A DNA stretch of 32,000 nucleotides from Alkalilimnicola ehrlichii MLHE-1 (GTDB lineage Bacteria > Pseudomonadota > Gammaproteobacteria > Nitrococcales > Halorhodospiraceae). The notes under the pieces were generated by a model. That model searched no databases. It saw only the letters and a list, made by a program, of their open reading frames with translations, and had not been told where the DNA came from. Below are positions 8,933 to 20,603 of the stretch, piece by piece. Location: assembly GCF_000014785.1 (NCBI RefSeq), contig NC_008340.1, forward strand, positions 1,500,001-1,532,000, given 5' to 3'. The first letter of the stretch is position 1; every line of letters starts with the position of its first letter. A program made the translations under genes and the position numbers.

Positions 8933-9487
8933 TCAGGGGCGGTCGTCGCCCGTCAGTCGGCCGAAGTGGCGTGCCGCCTTTTCAAGCTTGGGCGCAATGA
9001 CCATCTGACAGTAGGGCTGGCCGCCGTGGCGCCGGTAGTAATCCTGGTGGTCGGCCTCGGCCGGGTAGAAGGCCGGTAGCGGCGTCAACTCGGTCACGAT
9101 GGGGTCCGCCCGGCGGCCCGCCTCCCGCGACATCACCTCCCGGGCGACCGCGGCCTGCTGGTCGTCATGGTAGAAGATCACCGAGCGATACTGACTGCCC
9201 ACATCCGCGCCCTGTCGGTTGGGCGTGGTTGGGTCGTGAATGGTGAAAAAGACCTGGAGTAGTTCCCGATAGCTGATGGTCCCGGGGTCGTACTCTATTT
9301 GCACCACCTCTGCGTGACCGGTGGCGCCGCTGCAGACCTGAGCGTAGCTCGGGTGGGCACGCCGTCCCCCCGCGTAGCCTGAAACCACGCTGCGGACGCC
9401 GCGCAGGCGCTGGAAGACCGCCTCCAGGCACCAGAAACAGCCACCACCCAGGGTGGCCCGCTCAGTGGTGGCGCCTTCCCCGGTCAT
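8933..9487 (-). CDS. msrA: Peptide-methionine (S)-S-oxide reductase
   Basis: ATLGGGCFWCLEAVFQRLRGVRSVVSGYAGG...QVCSGATGHAEVVQIEYDP...FFTIHDPTTPNRQGADVGSQYRSVIFYHD. Confidence 0.96.
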   Translation of the reverse strand: MTGEGATTERATLGGGCFWCLEAVFQRLRGVRSVVSGYAGGRRAHPSYAQVCSGATGHAEVVQIEYDPGTISYRELLQVFFTIHDPTTPNRQGADVGSQYRSVIFYHDDQQAAVAREVMSREAGRRADPIVTELTPLPAFYPAEADHQDYYRRHGGQPYCQMVIAPKLEKAARHFGRLTGDDRP

Positions 9488-10467
9488 GCGGGTACGGCCG
9501 ATGCGGACGCCGCGACGGGGGCCTCGGTAAGGTCGTATTTCTTCATCCGGTACAACAGTGTGTCGCGGGTCAGACCGAGCAGGCGGGCGGCCTGACTGCG
9601 GTTGCCGCCGGTCCGTTCCAACGCCTGGCGGATCAGGTCCGCCTCGAGCTCATCCATTTGGATGCCCCCCGCCGGCAGCCGGAAGCCATTGGCCCGCGGT
9701 GCCGCCGCGGGGGCCTGCTGGATCTCCGGGGGTAAGGCCCCGGCCGTGAGGGTGCGCCCGGCGTGCAGCACCACCAGGCGCTCGCAGGTGTTGCGCAACT
9801 CCCGGACATTGCCCGGCCAGGGGTAGCGCTGCAGGCAGCGAAGGGCATCGGGCTGGAGCCGCGGAGCGGGCAGGTCGTGGTGTCTGGCCAGGGCCTGCAG
9901 GAAGTGGTCAAGCAGGACCGGGATATCCGCCGGGCGCTCACGCAACGCCGGCAGCTCCAAGGGGATGACCTGTAGCCGGTAGTAGAGGTCGGCGCGGAAG
10001 CGGCCTGCCTCCACGTCCTGGTACAGATCGCGGTGGGTGGCGGCCACGACGCGGGTATTGACCGATTGCGGGCGAGTGGCGCCCAGCGGTTGACATTCCC
10101 CGGACTCCAAAAAGCGCAACAGTTTGGCCTGCACGGCGGCAGGCAGTTCGCCGACCTCGTCCAGAAACAGGGTACCATTGGCTGCGGCGGCGATCCGGCC
10201 GTCGTGGGGATCGACGGCGCCGGTAAAGGCGCCGCGCCGGTGACCGAACAACTCGGACTCGGCCAGGCCTTCCGGCAGCGCCGCACAGTTGACGGCCACG
10301 AAAGGGCCGTTGGCCCGCGGGCTCTCCGCGTGGACCGTGCGGGCCAGCAACTCCTTGCCGGTGCCGCTTTCACCCAGGATCAGGGTGGTGACCTCGGTGC
10401 TGGCGACCAATCGAGCCGCTCGCAGCACCGATTGCAGTTCCGGTGAATGACCTAATAGCTTGCCCAT
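9484..10467 (-). CDS. Sigma-54-dependent transcriptional activator lacking an N-terminal sensory domain
   Basis: [15 protein letters not shown] starts directly at the AAA+ domain: [37 protein letters not shown], and a C-terminal Fis HTH ([25 protein letters not shown]). The ORF track's upstream extension to 11139 is out-of-frame shadow of the next gene. Confidence 0.9.
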   Translation of the reverse strand: MGKLLGHSPELQSVLRAARLVASTEVTTLILGESGTGKELLARTVHAESPRANGPFVAVNCAALPEGLAESELFGHRRGAFTGAVDPHDGRIAAAANGTLFLDEVGELPAAVQAKLLRFLESGECQPLGATRPQSVNTRVVAATHRDLYQDVEAGRFRADLYYRLQVIPLELPALRERPADIPVLLDHFLQALARHHDLPAPRLQPDALRCLQRYPWPGNVRELRNTCERLVVLHAGRTLTAGALPPEIQQAPAAAPRANGFRLPAGGIQMDELEADLIRQALERTGGNRSQAARLLGLTRDTLLYRMKKYDLTEAPVAASASAVPA

Positions 10468-10487
10468 GTCTCCCTGCTCCTGTTGCG

Positions 10488-11195
10488 TCACGAGCCCCCA
10501 AGGGCCTCGGTGCCGTAAAACTGTCCCGGTACGGTGAGGGTGGCCACCGCCATGAGGATAACTGTAACGCCGACGACCCGGCGAATCATTGGCCGACGGA
10601 CAAAACGGGCCAGGGTGCCGGCCATGACGCCGGCGGTGACCATGGCAGGCATGGTGCCCAGCCCGAAGAAGAACATGAAGGCCGCGCCTTCCAGGGCGCC
10701 GCCGGCGGAAAGGCTGAATATCAGGGCGGAGTAGACCAGCCCGCAGGGCAGCCAGCCCCAGACCAGCCCAAACAGGTAGGCCTGGTGCAGGCCACGAACC
10801 GGCAGCATCCGCCGCCCCAGCGGTTCCAGCCGCCGCCAGAGGGGCAGGCCAACGCGCTCGATGCGGGCCAGACTGGGGAACCAGCCGGCAATATACAGGC
10901 CAATGCCCACCAGCAGCGTCGCCGCCACGAGCTGGACCAGGAACTGGCCATGGCCACCCAAGGCCACCAGGAGGGTGCCGCCCAGCGCCCCGGTGATCGC
11001 GCCGGCGACGGAATAACTGGTGATTCGCCCCAGGCTGTAGGCCGTGCTGTACCACGGCAGCCGTCCGCTCCGGTTGCGCACCTCCGGTGCCAGGCTGAAG
11101 GTGAGGGCCCCGACGATGCCCCCGCACATACCCAGACAATGTACGGTACTGAACAGTCCGACCAGAAACGCAATAATGAGTGGTGGATATTCCAA
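10488..11195 (-). CDS. TauE/SafE- or UreH-like multi-pass membrane protein
   Basis: PPLIIAFLVGLFSTVHCLGMCGGIVGALTFSL...SYSVAGAITGALGG...FGLVWGWLPCGLVYSALIFSLSAGGALEGAAFMFFFGLGTMPAM. Likely TTG start at 11195 with GGGAG upstream; the ORF track starts at 11375, so the start is uncertain. Confidence 0.8.
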   Translation of the reverse strand: MEYPPLIIAFLVGLFSTVHCLGMCGGIVGALTFSLAPEVRNRSGRLPWYSTAYSLGRITSYSVAGAITGALGGTLLVALGGHGQFLVQLVAATLLVGIGLYIAGWFPSLARIERVGLPLWRRLEPLGRRMLPVRGLHQAYLFGLVWGWLPCGLVYSALIFSLSAGGALEGAAFMFFFGLGTMPAMVTAGVMAGTLARFVRRPMIRRVVGVTVILMAVATLTVPGQFYGTEALGGS

Positions 11196-11353
11196 AGGCA
11201 GCTCCCGGAGTTGAGCGATGAACGGGCGGATCGGGTATCGGACCGCCCTGAGCGCCGGATCATCCCTGGGCCCTATCTTACAATCTTTGCCGGTCATCCG
11301 GGTGGGGCAGCATGCCGCCCCCGCGATGCGACCGGTGCGGCAGGAGGCGGCGC

Positions 11354-12043
11354 ATGCGTGTGACGCTGGAGGCACTTCGGAAGGCGTACCGGGAGGGGGA
11401 ACACCGGCGGGTGGTGCTCGACGGGACCGGCCTGCAGGTGGCCAGCGGTGAGCACGTGGCGCTGATGGGGCGCAGCGGTTCGGGTAAGAGCACCCTGCTC
11501 AACCTCATCAGCGGCATGGACCGGCCGGATGCGGGCGAGGTCTGGCTGGGCGAGACGCCGCTCAGCCGCCTGGACGAGGGCGCGCGCACCCGCTTCCGAC
11601 GTCACCACATCGGTTTCGTCTTCCAGTTCTTCAACCTCATTCCCACCCTCACCATCGAGGAGAATCTGCTGTTGCCGTTGGAACTGGTGGGACGCCTCGA
11701 CGATGCCCCGCGGGCCCGGGAGCTGTTGGCGGCGGTCGGGTTGTCGGACCGCGCCCGGGCCTTCCCGGACCGGCTCTCCGGTGGCGAGCAGCAGCGTGTG
11801 GCGCTGGCCCGGGCCCTGGTGCATCGGCCGCGGCTGCTGCTCGCCGACGAACCCACCGGAACCCTGGACGCCGAGACGGGGGACCGGGTGTTGGCCCTCC
11901 TGCAGCACTTGGTCCGGGCCGGGGGGATGACCCTGATCACGGTGACCCACAGCCGGGAGGTGGCCGCCGCGGCCGATCGCGTCTTCCGCCTGGCGGAAGG
12001 GCAACTGCATGCGGTGGACCGGCTCGACGTGGCGGGGGTCTGA
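11354..12043 (+). CDS. ABC transporter ATP-binding protein (LolD/AttE-like)
   Basis: ALMGRSGSGKSTLLNLISG (Walker A), LSGGEQQRVALARALVHRP (signature), LLLADEPTGTLD (Walker B). ATG 11354 preceded by CAGGAGG. Confidence 0.93.
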   Translation: MRVTLEALRKAYREGEHRRVVLDGTGLQVASGEHVALMGRSGSGKSTLLNLISGMDRPDAGEVWLGETPLSRLDEGARTRFRRHHIGFVFQFFNLIPTLTIEENLLLPLELVGRLDDAPRARELLAAVGLSDRARAFPDRLSGGEQQRVALARALVHRPRLLLADEPTGTLDAETGDRVLALLQHLVRAGGMTLITVTHSREVAAAADRVFRLAEGQLHAVDRLDVAGV

Positions 12044-14574
12044 TGCGGCTGTTACAGCGATCCGGTGTGCGGTATCTGCTGGGCCACCGCTGGCAGGTGG
12101 CCCTGGCGGTGCTGGGGATCACCCTCGGTGTCGCCGTGGTCACCGCGGTCGATTTGGCCAACCGTAGCGCGCTGCAGGCCTTCCAACTCTCCGCGGAGGC
12201 GCTCACCGGTCAGGCCACCCACAGTATCACCGCCGGTAGCGAAGGGTTTGCTGAGGCCCTCTACCCCTGGCTACGGATCGAACAGCGCCAGCGGCGCATG
12301 ACGCCGGTGGTGGAAGGCTATGCCGAGGATCAGGCGCGCGCGGGCCGGGTCTGGCGCATCCTCGGCGTGGACCCCTTCGCCGAGGCGGCGGTGCGGCCGG
12401 CTCTGGGCGGCATCGGCACCGCAGGGGATCTGTCCGGCTTTCTCGGCCGCGATGACCGTGTACTGATGCAGGGCGAGGTGGCCCGGGAGCTGGATCTGGC
12501 GGTGGGGGATGCGCTTGAGCTGCGGGTCAGGGGGCGGGTGCGCCGGGTCGTGCTGGACGGTCTGCTGGAGCCGCAACGTCCGGTGGACCGCCAGGGCCTG
12601 CAGGATGTCCTGGTGATGGACATCGCGGCCGCTCAGGCCCTGCTCGGTCGCCCCGGCCGGCTCGATCGCATCGACCTGGTCCTGGCGGACGAGGCCGCCG
12701 CCGACGCCCTGCGCCAGGCGCTGCCGGCCGAGGTGCGCCTGCGGCCGGCGGAGGCGCGCGCCGATGCCCTGCTGGATATGAGCCGTGCGTTCCGGTTGAA
12801 CCTCACGGCCTTCAGCCTGCTCGCCCTGCTGGTCGGCGCCTTCCTGATCTACAACGCCATGACCTTCGCCGTGGTCCAGCGCCGGCCCCTGTTCGGGCGC
12901 CTGCGGGCGCTGGGGGTCGGGCGTGGCCAGATACTGCGCCTGGTGTTGCTGGAGGCCGCCCTGCTGGGGCTGGTGGGCAGCGTGCTTGGGTTGGTGCTGG
13001 GGATCGTGCTGGCGCAGGGTCTGGTCGGGCTGGTCACCCGCACCATCAACGACCTCTACTTCGTAGTCCAGGTACGGGGGGTACAGCCCACGGGCGTCAA
13101 TATCGCCCTGGGCCTGGCCCTCGGCGTGGGCGCCACGCTGGTCGCCGCGGCGGTGCCCGCCGCTGAGGCGGCACGGTCGCCGCCCCGGGCCACCCTGAGC
13201 CGCGCCGACCTGGAGGCCGGCAGTCGCCGGCGGGCCCCCCGGTTGGCGCTTGGCGGCGGCCTGGCGGTGCTGGCCGGAGGGGGGCTTCTCCTGGTCAGCC
13301 AGGCCCTGTTGCTGGCGTTTGTCGGTATCTTCCTGCTGCTGATGGGGACCGCACTGGCGGTGCCATTGCTGGTCCTGGTCGCTTCCCGGGCCCTGGCGCG
13401 GCCGGCCGGCGCGTTATTCGGCCTGCCGGGACGGATGGCCGCCCGCGGCGTGTCGGCGGGGCTCTCCCGCAGTGCCGTGGCGGTGGCGGCCCTGATGATC
13501 GCCATCAGTACGGTGGTCGGGGTGGGCGTGATGGTGGAGAGCTTCCGCGCAACCTTCGCCCAGTGGTTGGACGCCAGTCTGGAGGCGGATGTCTATATTA
13601 GCCCGCCCGGGATCACGGGTGACGCCGCGGCGCCCCTTGAGCCGGGGCTCGCCGACCGGCTGGCGGCCGTGGGCGGGGTCGAGCGGATCACCACGGGGCG
13701 CTATCGCCGGCTCCCGCAAGCGGAGACGGATTGGCGGCTGCGGGCCTACGACCTGGGCGGTGAGCGCGCGGTTGGGTTCCTGTTCCGGGCGGGCGATGAA
13801 TCGGTCTGGGCGCGGCTGCGCACGGAGGATGCCGTACTGGTGACCGAACCCTTCCAGTCCCGCTATGGCGTGGGGCAGGGCGACACCCTGGCGTTGCCGA
13901 CGCCGGCGGGGGAGCGCGAGTTCCGGGTGCTGGGGGTGACGTACGACTACACCACTAGCGCCGGCGCCGTGATCATGGCCGCGGAACGGTACCGCCACCA
14001 TTGGGACGATGACACCATCAACAGCATCGCCGTGCACGCCGAGCCCGGGGTGGCGGTGGGACCTCTGGTGGAGCGCCTGCGCGTTGCCGCTGGCGACGGC
14101 GCCCTGCTGCGCTTCCGGCCCAGTGCCGAAATCCGAGAGCTGTCGCTGGAGGTGTTCGATCGCACCTTCACCATCACCCATGTGCTTCGTATGCTGGCCA
14201 CCGGGGTGGCGGTGGTTGGTGTGCTGGGGGCCCTGCTGGCCCTGGCGCTGGAGCGTGCCCGGGAGATGGCGGTGTTGCGGGCCATGGGCTGCTCTGTCCG
14301 CCAGGTCCGGCGCCTGGTGTTGGGGCAGTCGCTCTTCGCCGGTGCGCTGGCGGGGGGGCTGGCCCTGCCGTTGGGGCTGGTGCTGGCGGTGGCCCTTACC
14401 CAGACCATCAACCAGCGTGCCTTTGGCTGGAGCCTGAGTGTCCACGTGGACCCGGCGTTGCTGCTGCAGGCGCTCGGCCTCGCACTGCTCGCAGCGTTGC
14501 TGGCCGGTTGGTATCCCGCACGCCGGATGGCGGCGACGCCACCGGGTGATGCCCTGCGTGAGGAGATGGAATGA
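12043..14574 (+). CDS. ABC transporter permease, large FtsX-family (apparent AttF-AttG fusion type)
   Basis: 843 aa; N-terminal TM MRLLQRSGVRYLLGHRWQVALAVLGITLGVAVVTAVDLANRSALQAF, duplicated FtsX-type membrane blocks (...ALLVGAFLIYNAMTFAVVQRRPLFGRLRALG... and ...LALERAREMAVLRAMGCSVRQVRRLVLGQSLFAG...); overlaps the ATPase stop by 1 nt. Confidence 0.92.
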   Translation: MRLLQRSGVRYLLGHRWQVALAVLGITLGVAVVTAVDLANRSALQAFQLSAEALTGQATHSITAGSEGFAEALYPWLRIEQRQRRMTPVVEGYAEDQARAGRVWRILGVDPFAEAAVRPALGGIGTAGDLSGFLGRDDRVLMQGEVARELDLAVGDALELRVRGRVRRVVLDGLLEPQRPVDRQGLQDVLVMDIAAAQALLGRPGRLDRIDLVLADEAAADALRQALPAEVRLRPAEARADALLDMSRAFRLNLTAFSLLALLVGAFLIYNAMTFAVVQRRPLFGRLRALGVGRGQILRLVLLEAALLGLVGSVLGLVLGIVLAQGLVGLVTRTINDLYFVVQVRGVQPTGVNIALGLALGVGATLVAAAVPAAEAARSPPRATLSRADLEAGSRRRAPRLALGGGLAVLAGGGLLLVSQALLLAFVGIFLLLMGTALAVPLLVLVASRALARPAGALFGLPGRMAARGVSAGLSRSAVAVAALMIAISTVVGVGVMVESFRATFAQWLDASLEADVYISPPGITGDAAAPLEPGLADRLAAVGGVERITTGRYRRLPQAETDWRLRAYDLGGERAVGFLFRAGDESVWARLRTEDAVLVTEPFQSRYGVGQGDTLALPTPAGEREFRVLGVTYDYTTSAGAVIMAAERYRHHWDDDTINSIAVHAEPGVAVGPLVERLRVAAGDGALLRFRPSAEIRELSLEVFDRTFTITHVLRMLATGVAVVGVLGALLALALERAREMAVLRAMGCSVRQVRRLVLGQSLFAGALAGGLALPLGLVLAVALTQTINQRAFGWSLSVHVDPALLLQALGLALLAALLAGWYPARRMAATPPGDALREEME

Positions 14575-15716
14575 ACCCGCGGAGCGCTGTCTTTCTGATG
14601 CCGCTGGCCTGGGCCCTGGCCGCCTGCGACCCCGCCCCCGAGCCCGAGGTGCCCGAGACCCTGTCGGTGACCGGCGCCCTGGCCGGCGAGGAGGGGATCG
14701 CGGGCCTGGCCCGGGTGGAGGGCCCGGAGCCCCTGGTCTTCCCGTACGACCACGGACCGCATCCGTCGTACCGGCACGAGTGGTGGTATGTCACCGGCCA
14801 CCTGTTTGACGACCAGGCCCGCCACCACGGCTTCCAGGTCACGCTGTTCCGCTTCAACGTCGCCCCCGGCGCCGCCGGGGACCGGCCTTCCGCCTGGGCC
14901 ACTGACCAGCTCTGGATGGGGCATTTCGCCCTCGCCGACAGCGCTGCCGGCGACTACCATCACTACGAGCGGCTGTCCCGGGGGGCGCTGGGCCTGGCCG
15001 GCGGACAGGCTGCCCCCTTCCGCATCTGGCTGGAGGACTGGGTCCTGGAGGCCGCCGACGACAGCCCCGGGCCGTTCCCTATGCGGGTGAGCTTCCGCGA
15101 GGGCGATCATGCCGTGACCCTGCGCCTGGATGCCGACAAGCCCCTGGTGCTCCAAGGCGATGCGGGGTACAGCCAGAAGGGGCCCGAGGCCGGCAATGCC
15201 TCCCGTTATTTCTCCTGGACCCGGTTGAGCGCTGAGGGCGAGATCCACCTGAACGGGGAGGCCCGTCGCGTGCGGGGACAGGCCTGGAAGGATCGGGAGT
15301 GGGGCACCAGCGCTTTGAGTGAGGCCCACGCGGGCTGGGACTGGTTCTCCGTGCAACTGGATAACGGCCATGAGCTGATGTTCTACCACCTGCGCCTGGA
15401 GGATGGCCGGGTGGACCCGATCAGCAAGGGGCTGTGGGTGGATCCGGAGGGCAACACGCGGCGGCTGGGGCTGGATGATGTGACCCTGCGGGCCACCGAC
15501 CACTGGCAGAGCCCGGACGGGCAGGCGACCTATCCCGCCGGCTGGCAGTTGGCGATGCCGGACGCCGGGCTCCAACTGACCCTGACGCCCACGGTGGCCG
15601 ACCAGGAGTTGCGCGGCGGGGCGTTCCGCTACTGGGAGGGCGCACTGCGGGTCTCCGGTGAACAGGACGGCCGCCAGGTCAGCGGCTGGGGCTACGCGGA
15701 GTTGACCGGATATTGA
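14571..15716 (+). CDS. AttH/CrtC-like lipocalin-fold lipoprotein
   Basis: Lipobox LAAC in MNPRSAVFLMPLAWALAACDPAPEPEV; DHGPHPSYRHEWWYVTGHLFD...FQVTLFRF...WLEDWVL...FSWTRLSAEGEIHLNG...GQAWKDREWGTS; ATGA overlap with the upstream permease. Confidence 0.88.
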   Translation: MNPRSAVFLMPLAWALAACDPAPEPEVPETLSVTGALAGEEGIAGLARVEGPEPLVFPYDHGPHPSYRHEWWYVTGHLFDDQARHHGFQVTLFRFNVAPGAAGDRPSAWATDQLWMGHFALADSAAGDYHHYERLSRGALGLAGGQAAPFRIWLEDWVLEAADDSPGPFPMRVSFREGDHAVTLRLDADKPLVLQGDAGYSQKGPEAGNASRYFSWTRLSAEGEIHLNGEARRVRGQAWKDREWGTSALSEAHAGWDWFSVQLDNGHELMFYHLRLEDGRVDPISKGLWVDPEGNTRRLGLDDVTLRATDHWQSPDGQATYPAGWQLAMPDAGLQLTLTPTVADQELRGGAFRYWEGALRVSGEQDGRQVSGWGYAELTGY

Positions 15717-15787
15717 CACGCATCTATGCAACAATAAGCGGGGAGACGAACCGACACCCGCAGCATCCGGACAAGAGCGAACGGAAC

Positions 15788-16684
15788 ATGACCATCAAGA
15801 AAATCGTCTACGCCACCGACCTCTCCCGCCGTGCGGACCGTGCCGGGCGCCGCGCACTCCAACTGGCCAGCGACCACCAGGCCGATCTGCTCGCCCTCAG
15901 CGTGGTCGAGGCCGACCTCCAGGAGGAGAGCCTGGTCCGGCTGATGCGGGGCAGCCCGGAGGAGGTGGCCCGGCAGCTGGTCGAGGGCACCGACAAGGCC
16001 CTGGCCGAGCATATGGAGAAGTTGGGCGTGGTGGAGGGCGGTACCGTGCAGAGCCGGGCCGTGCTCGGGCACGGGCACAAGACCATTCTCAGCGAGGCCA
16101 AGGCCTTCGGTGCCGATCTCCTGGTCATCGGTGCCCACGGCCACCACCACCTGCGGGACATCTTCCTGGGCACGACCGCGGAGAACCTGGTCCGCAACAC
16201 CGACCGGCCCATCCTGGTGGTGAAGAACGAGCCTCAGGGCCGTTACCGCAAGGTGCTGGTGCCAGTGGATTTCTCTGAGCGGTCCCGGCATGCCCTGGAA
16301 CTGGCGGTCTCCTCCGTCGCGGACGATGGCACGGTGCAGGTGCTGCACGTGTTCAACACCGCGCCACTGGACCGCATCTACCGCACCGGTGCCGATGATG
16401 AGACGGTGCGCCGGATCCACCAGCAGGCCATGGCGGAGACCCAGCAGGACCTCTCCGCCTTCCTCGCCCAGGCGGAGGTGGACCTGGACAAGGTGGAATC
16501 GACCATCCGGGTGGGTTACCCGCCGCTGGTGATCGAAGAGGCCGCCAACGCCCTGAACGCCGAACTGCTGGTCATGGGCACCCACGGCCGCAAGCACTGG
16601 CAGGACGTACTGCTGGGGGGCGTGGCCCGCCGGGTGGTCAACCAGGTGCGCTGCGACGTGCTGCTCTCCCGCGGTCGCGCCTGA
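15788..16684 (+). CDS. Universal stress protein, two tandem UspA domains
   Basis: MTIKKIVYATDLSRRADRAGRRALQLA...LVIGAHGHHHLRDIFLGTTAENLVRNTDRPILVVK, then KVLVPVDFSERSRHALELAV...LLVMGTHGRKHWQDVLLGGVARRVV. Start at ATG 15788; the track ORF starts at TTG 15713. Confidence 0.93.
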   Translation: MTIKKIVYATDLSRRADRAGRRALQLASDHQADLLALSVVEADLQEESLVRLMRGSPEEVARQLVEGTDKALAEHMEKLGVVEGGTVQSRAVLGHGHKTILSEAKAFGADLLVIGAHGHHHLRDIFLGTTAENLVRNTDRPILVVKNEPQGRYRKVLVPVDFSERSRHALELAVSSVADDGTVQVLHVFNTAPLDRIYRTGADDETVRRIHQQAMAETQQDLSAFLAQAEVDLDKVESTIRVGYPPLVIEEAANALNAELLVMGTHGRKHWQDVLLGGVARRVVNQVRCDVLLSRGRA

Positions 16685-16721
16685 TCTGACGCGCGGACAC
16701 CGCGGAGGTGTGGGGGCACCC

Positions 16722-18209
16722 TTAGTCGTCGTCCCTTGCCCAGCCCCCGGCCCGGCGGACCGCCCGTTGCCAGGTGGCCATGCGCTGCTCCACCTCATAG
16801 CGGGAGAGCCGGGGCGAAAAGGCGGTGAATGCGGCCTCCGCCGACGGCCTGGCGCCGTTCAGCCCTACCGCCCGGGCGGCCAGGGCGGCGGCACCGGCCG
16901 CCGTGGCCTCGGTGTCGGCCGGGCGCAGCACCGGTGCGCCGAGCAGATCCGCCTGGAACTGCATCAACAGGTCGTTGGCACTGGCGCCGCCGTCCACCCG
17001 CAGCTCCTTCACCGCCAGACCGGCGTCCACCTCCATCGCCCCGATCACCTCGGTGGCCTGGAAGGCCATGCTCTCCAGCGCCGCCCGGGCGATGTGGGGG
17101 CGCTCGGTGCCGCGGGTCATGCCCACCAGGATGCCTCGGGCGTCCGGATCCCAGTGCGGTGCGCCCAGACCGGCGAAGGCCGGCACCAGGTAGACGCCAC
17201 CGGTGTCCGGCACCTGGCGGGCCAGGGCCTCGATCTCGTCGGAGGAGCGGATCAGCCCCAGTCCGTCCCGCAGCCACTGCACCACCGCGCCGGCGATGAA
17301 GACACTCCCCTCCAGGGCGTAGGCCGTCCGACCGCCGATCCGCCAGGCGACAGTGGTGAGCAGGCGGTTGGCGGAGGCGATGGGCCGCTCCCCGGTATGC
17401 ATGAGCAGGAAGGCGCCGGTGCCGTAGGTGCACTTGGCCAGGCCGGCCTCGTGGCAACCCTGGCCGTAAAGGGCCGCCTGCTGGTCACCGGCCACCCCGG
17501 CGATGGGGATGCCCTCGGGCACCCCGGCGCAGCAGGTGGTGCCACAGACGCCGGAGGAGTCGATGATCTCCGGTAGCAGGGCGGCGGGGATGTCCAGGGC
17601 AGCGAGCAGGTCCGGGTCCCAGTCACCGCTGTGGATGTTGCATAACAGGGTGCGCGAGGCGTTGCTGGCGTCGGTCAGGTGCAACCGGCCGCCGGTGAGC
17701 TGCCAGATCAGCCAGCTGTCCACGGTGCCGAAAGCCAGTTCCCCGGCCTCGGCGCGCCGGCGGGCGCCGGGCACGTGGTCGAGCAGCCAGCGCAGCTTGG
17801 TGCCGGAGAAGTAGGGGTCCAGCAGCAGCCCGGTGCGCTCCCGGAACAGCCGCTCGTGGCCGTCCCGGCGCAGGTCGTCACAGAGCCGGGCGGTGCGGCG
17901 GTCCTGCCAGACGATGGCGCGGTGCAGCGGTTCGCCGGTGGCCCGGTCCCAGAGCAGGGTGGTCTCGCGTTGGTTGGTCAGGCCCAGTCCGGCGATGGCG
18001 CTCCAGGGGATGCCGGCGCGCTCCACCGCCTGGATCATGACCCGGTACTGGCTCTGCCAGATCTCTCCGGGGTCGTGCTCCACCCAGCCGGGTTGCGGGA
18101 AGTATTGCGGGAAGTCCTGCTGCGCGGTGCCCAGCACGCCGCCGTGGGCGTCATAGACGATGGCGCGGGAGCTGGTGGTGCCCTGGTCCAGGGCCAGTAT
18201 GGCCTGCAT
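16722..18209 (-). CDS. glpK: Glycerol kinase
   Basis: [23 protein letters not shown]...[10 protein letters not shown]...[31 protein letters not shown]...[15 protein letters not shown]; FGGY-family glycerol kinase signatures. Confidence 0.96.
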   Translation of the reverse strand: MQAILALDQGTTSSRAIVYDAHGGVLGTAQQDFPQYFPQPGWVEHDPGEIWQSQYRVMIQAVERAGIPWSAIAGLGLTNQRETTLLWDRATGEPLHRAIVWQDRRTARLCDDLRRDGHERLFRERTGLLLDPYFSGTKLRWLLDHVPGARRRAEAGELAFGTVDSWLIWQLTGGRLHLTDASNASRTLLCNIHSGDWDPDLLAALDIPAALLPEIIDSSGVCGTTCCAGVPEGIPIAGVAGDQQAALYGQGCHEAGLAKCTYGTGAFLLMHTGERPIASANRLLTTVAWRIGGRTAYALEGSVFIAGAVVQWLRDGLGLIRSSDEIEALARQVPDTGGVYLVPAFAGLGAPHWDPDARGILVGMTRGTERPHIARAALESMAFQATEVIGAMEVDAGLAVKELRVDGGASANDLLMQFQADLLGAPVLRPADTEATAAGAAALAARAVGLNGARPSAEAAFTAFSPRLSRYEVEQRMATWQRAVRRAGGWARDDD

Positions 18210-18336
18210 GACGACGAAAGCCTCCACAAAGGGGCCTGCCCGTCATCCGGGCAGGCGACTCTGGGTCAGGCCTTCAGTGTGCCACCGTGGCCCCGACGTG
18301 GCCACGGTGGGGCCACGTCGGGGCGGCGGCTGCCGC

Positions 18337-20378
<2,042 letters not shown>

Positions 20379-20603
20379 TGTCGTCAACCGTCACCGTAGC
20401 ACAGCGGCTATTACCGTGCCACGCTCAGCCCGTCCGTGTTCAAGTAGGTAAGGGTAATGCCACTTTCGGCGAGATAATCCGCTTACCGGCCCACAAACGG
20501 GTGAATTGGCCGGGCTCCCGCCCTTACCCTGCTGGGCGGCGCGACCCACACTTCAAAGAGATCCAAACAGTATCCGGGCGGTTCCCCGGAGGGAGTGTGT
20601 GCC

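Noticed and set aside
9484-11139. 551-aa version of the sigma-54 activator with an N-terminal extension
   Set aside because: The extension (10468..11139) overlaps the same-strand membrane protein in another frame and is low-complexity. The real start is ATG 10467, so the activator should not be described as having an N-terminal domain.
10443-11363. 306-aa plus-strand ORF opposite the TauE/SafE-like gene
   Set aside because: Hydrophilic Gln/Pro-rich mirror of a membrane-protein coding strand; no independent support.
13414-15734. Long minus-strand ORFs (343 aa at 13414..14445 and 595 aa at 13947..15734)
   Set aside because: They lie antisense to the well-supported ABC permease and AttH-like genes and have low-complexity, Arg/Gly/His-rich translations typical of high-GC shadow frames.
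15713-15787. TTGACA at the attH stop as a promoter for the universal stress gene
   Set aside because: TTGACA is clear, but no good -10 hexamer lies 16-18 nt downstream, so it was not listed.
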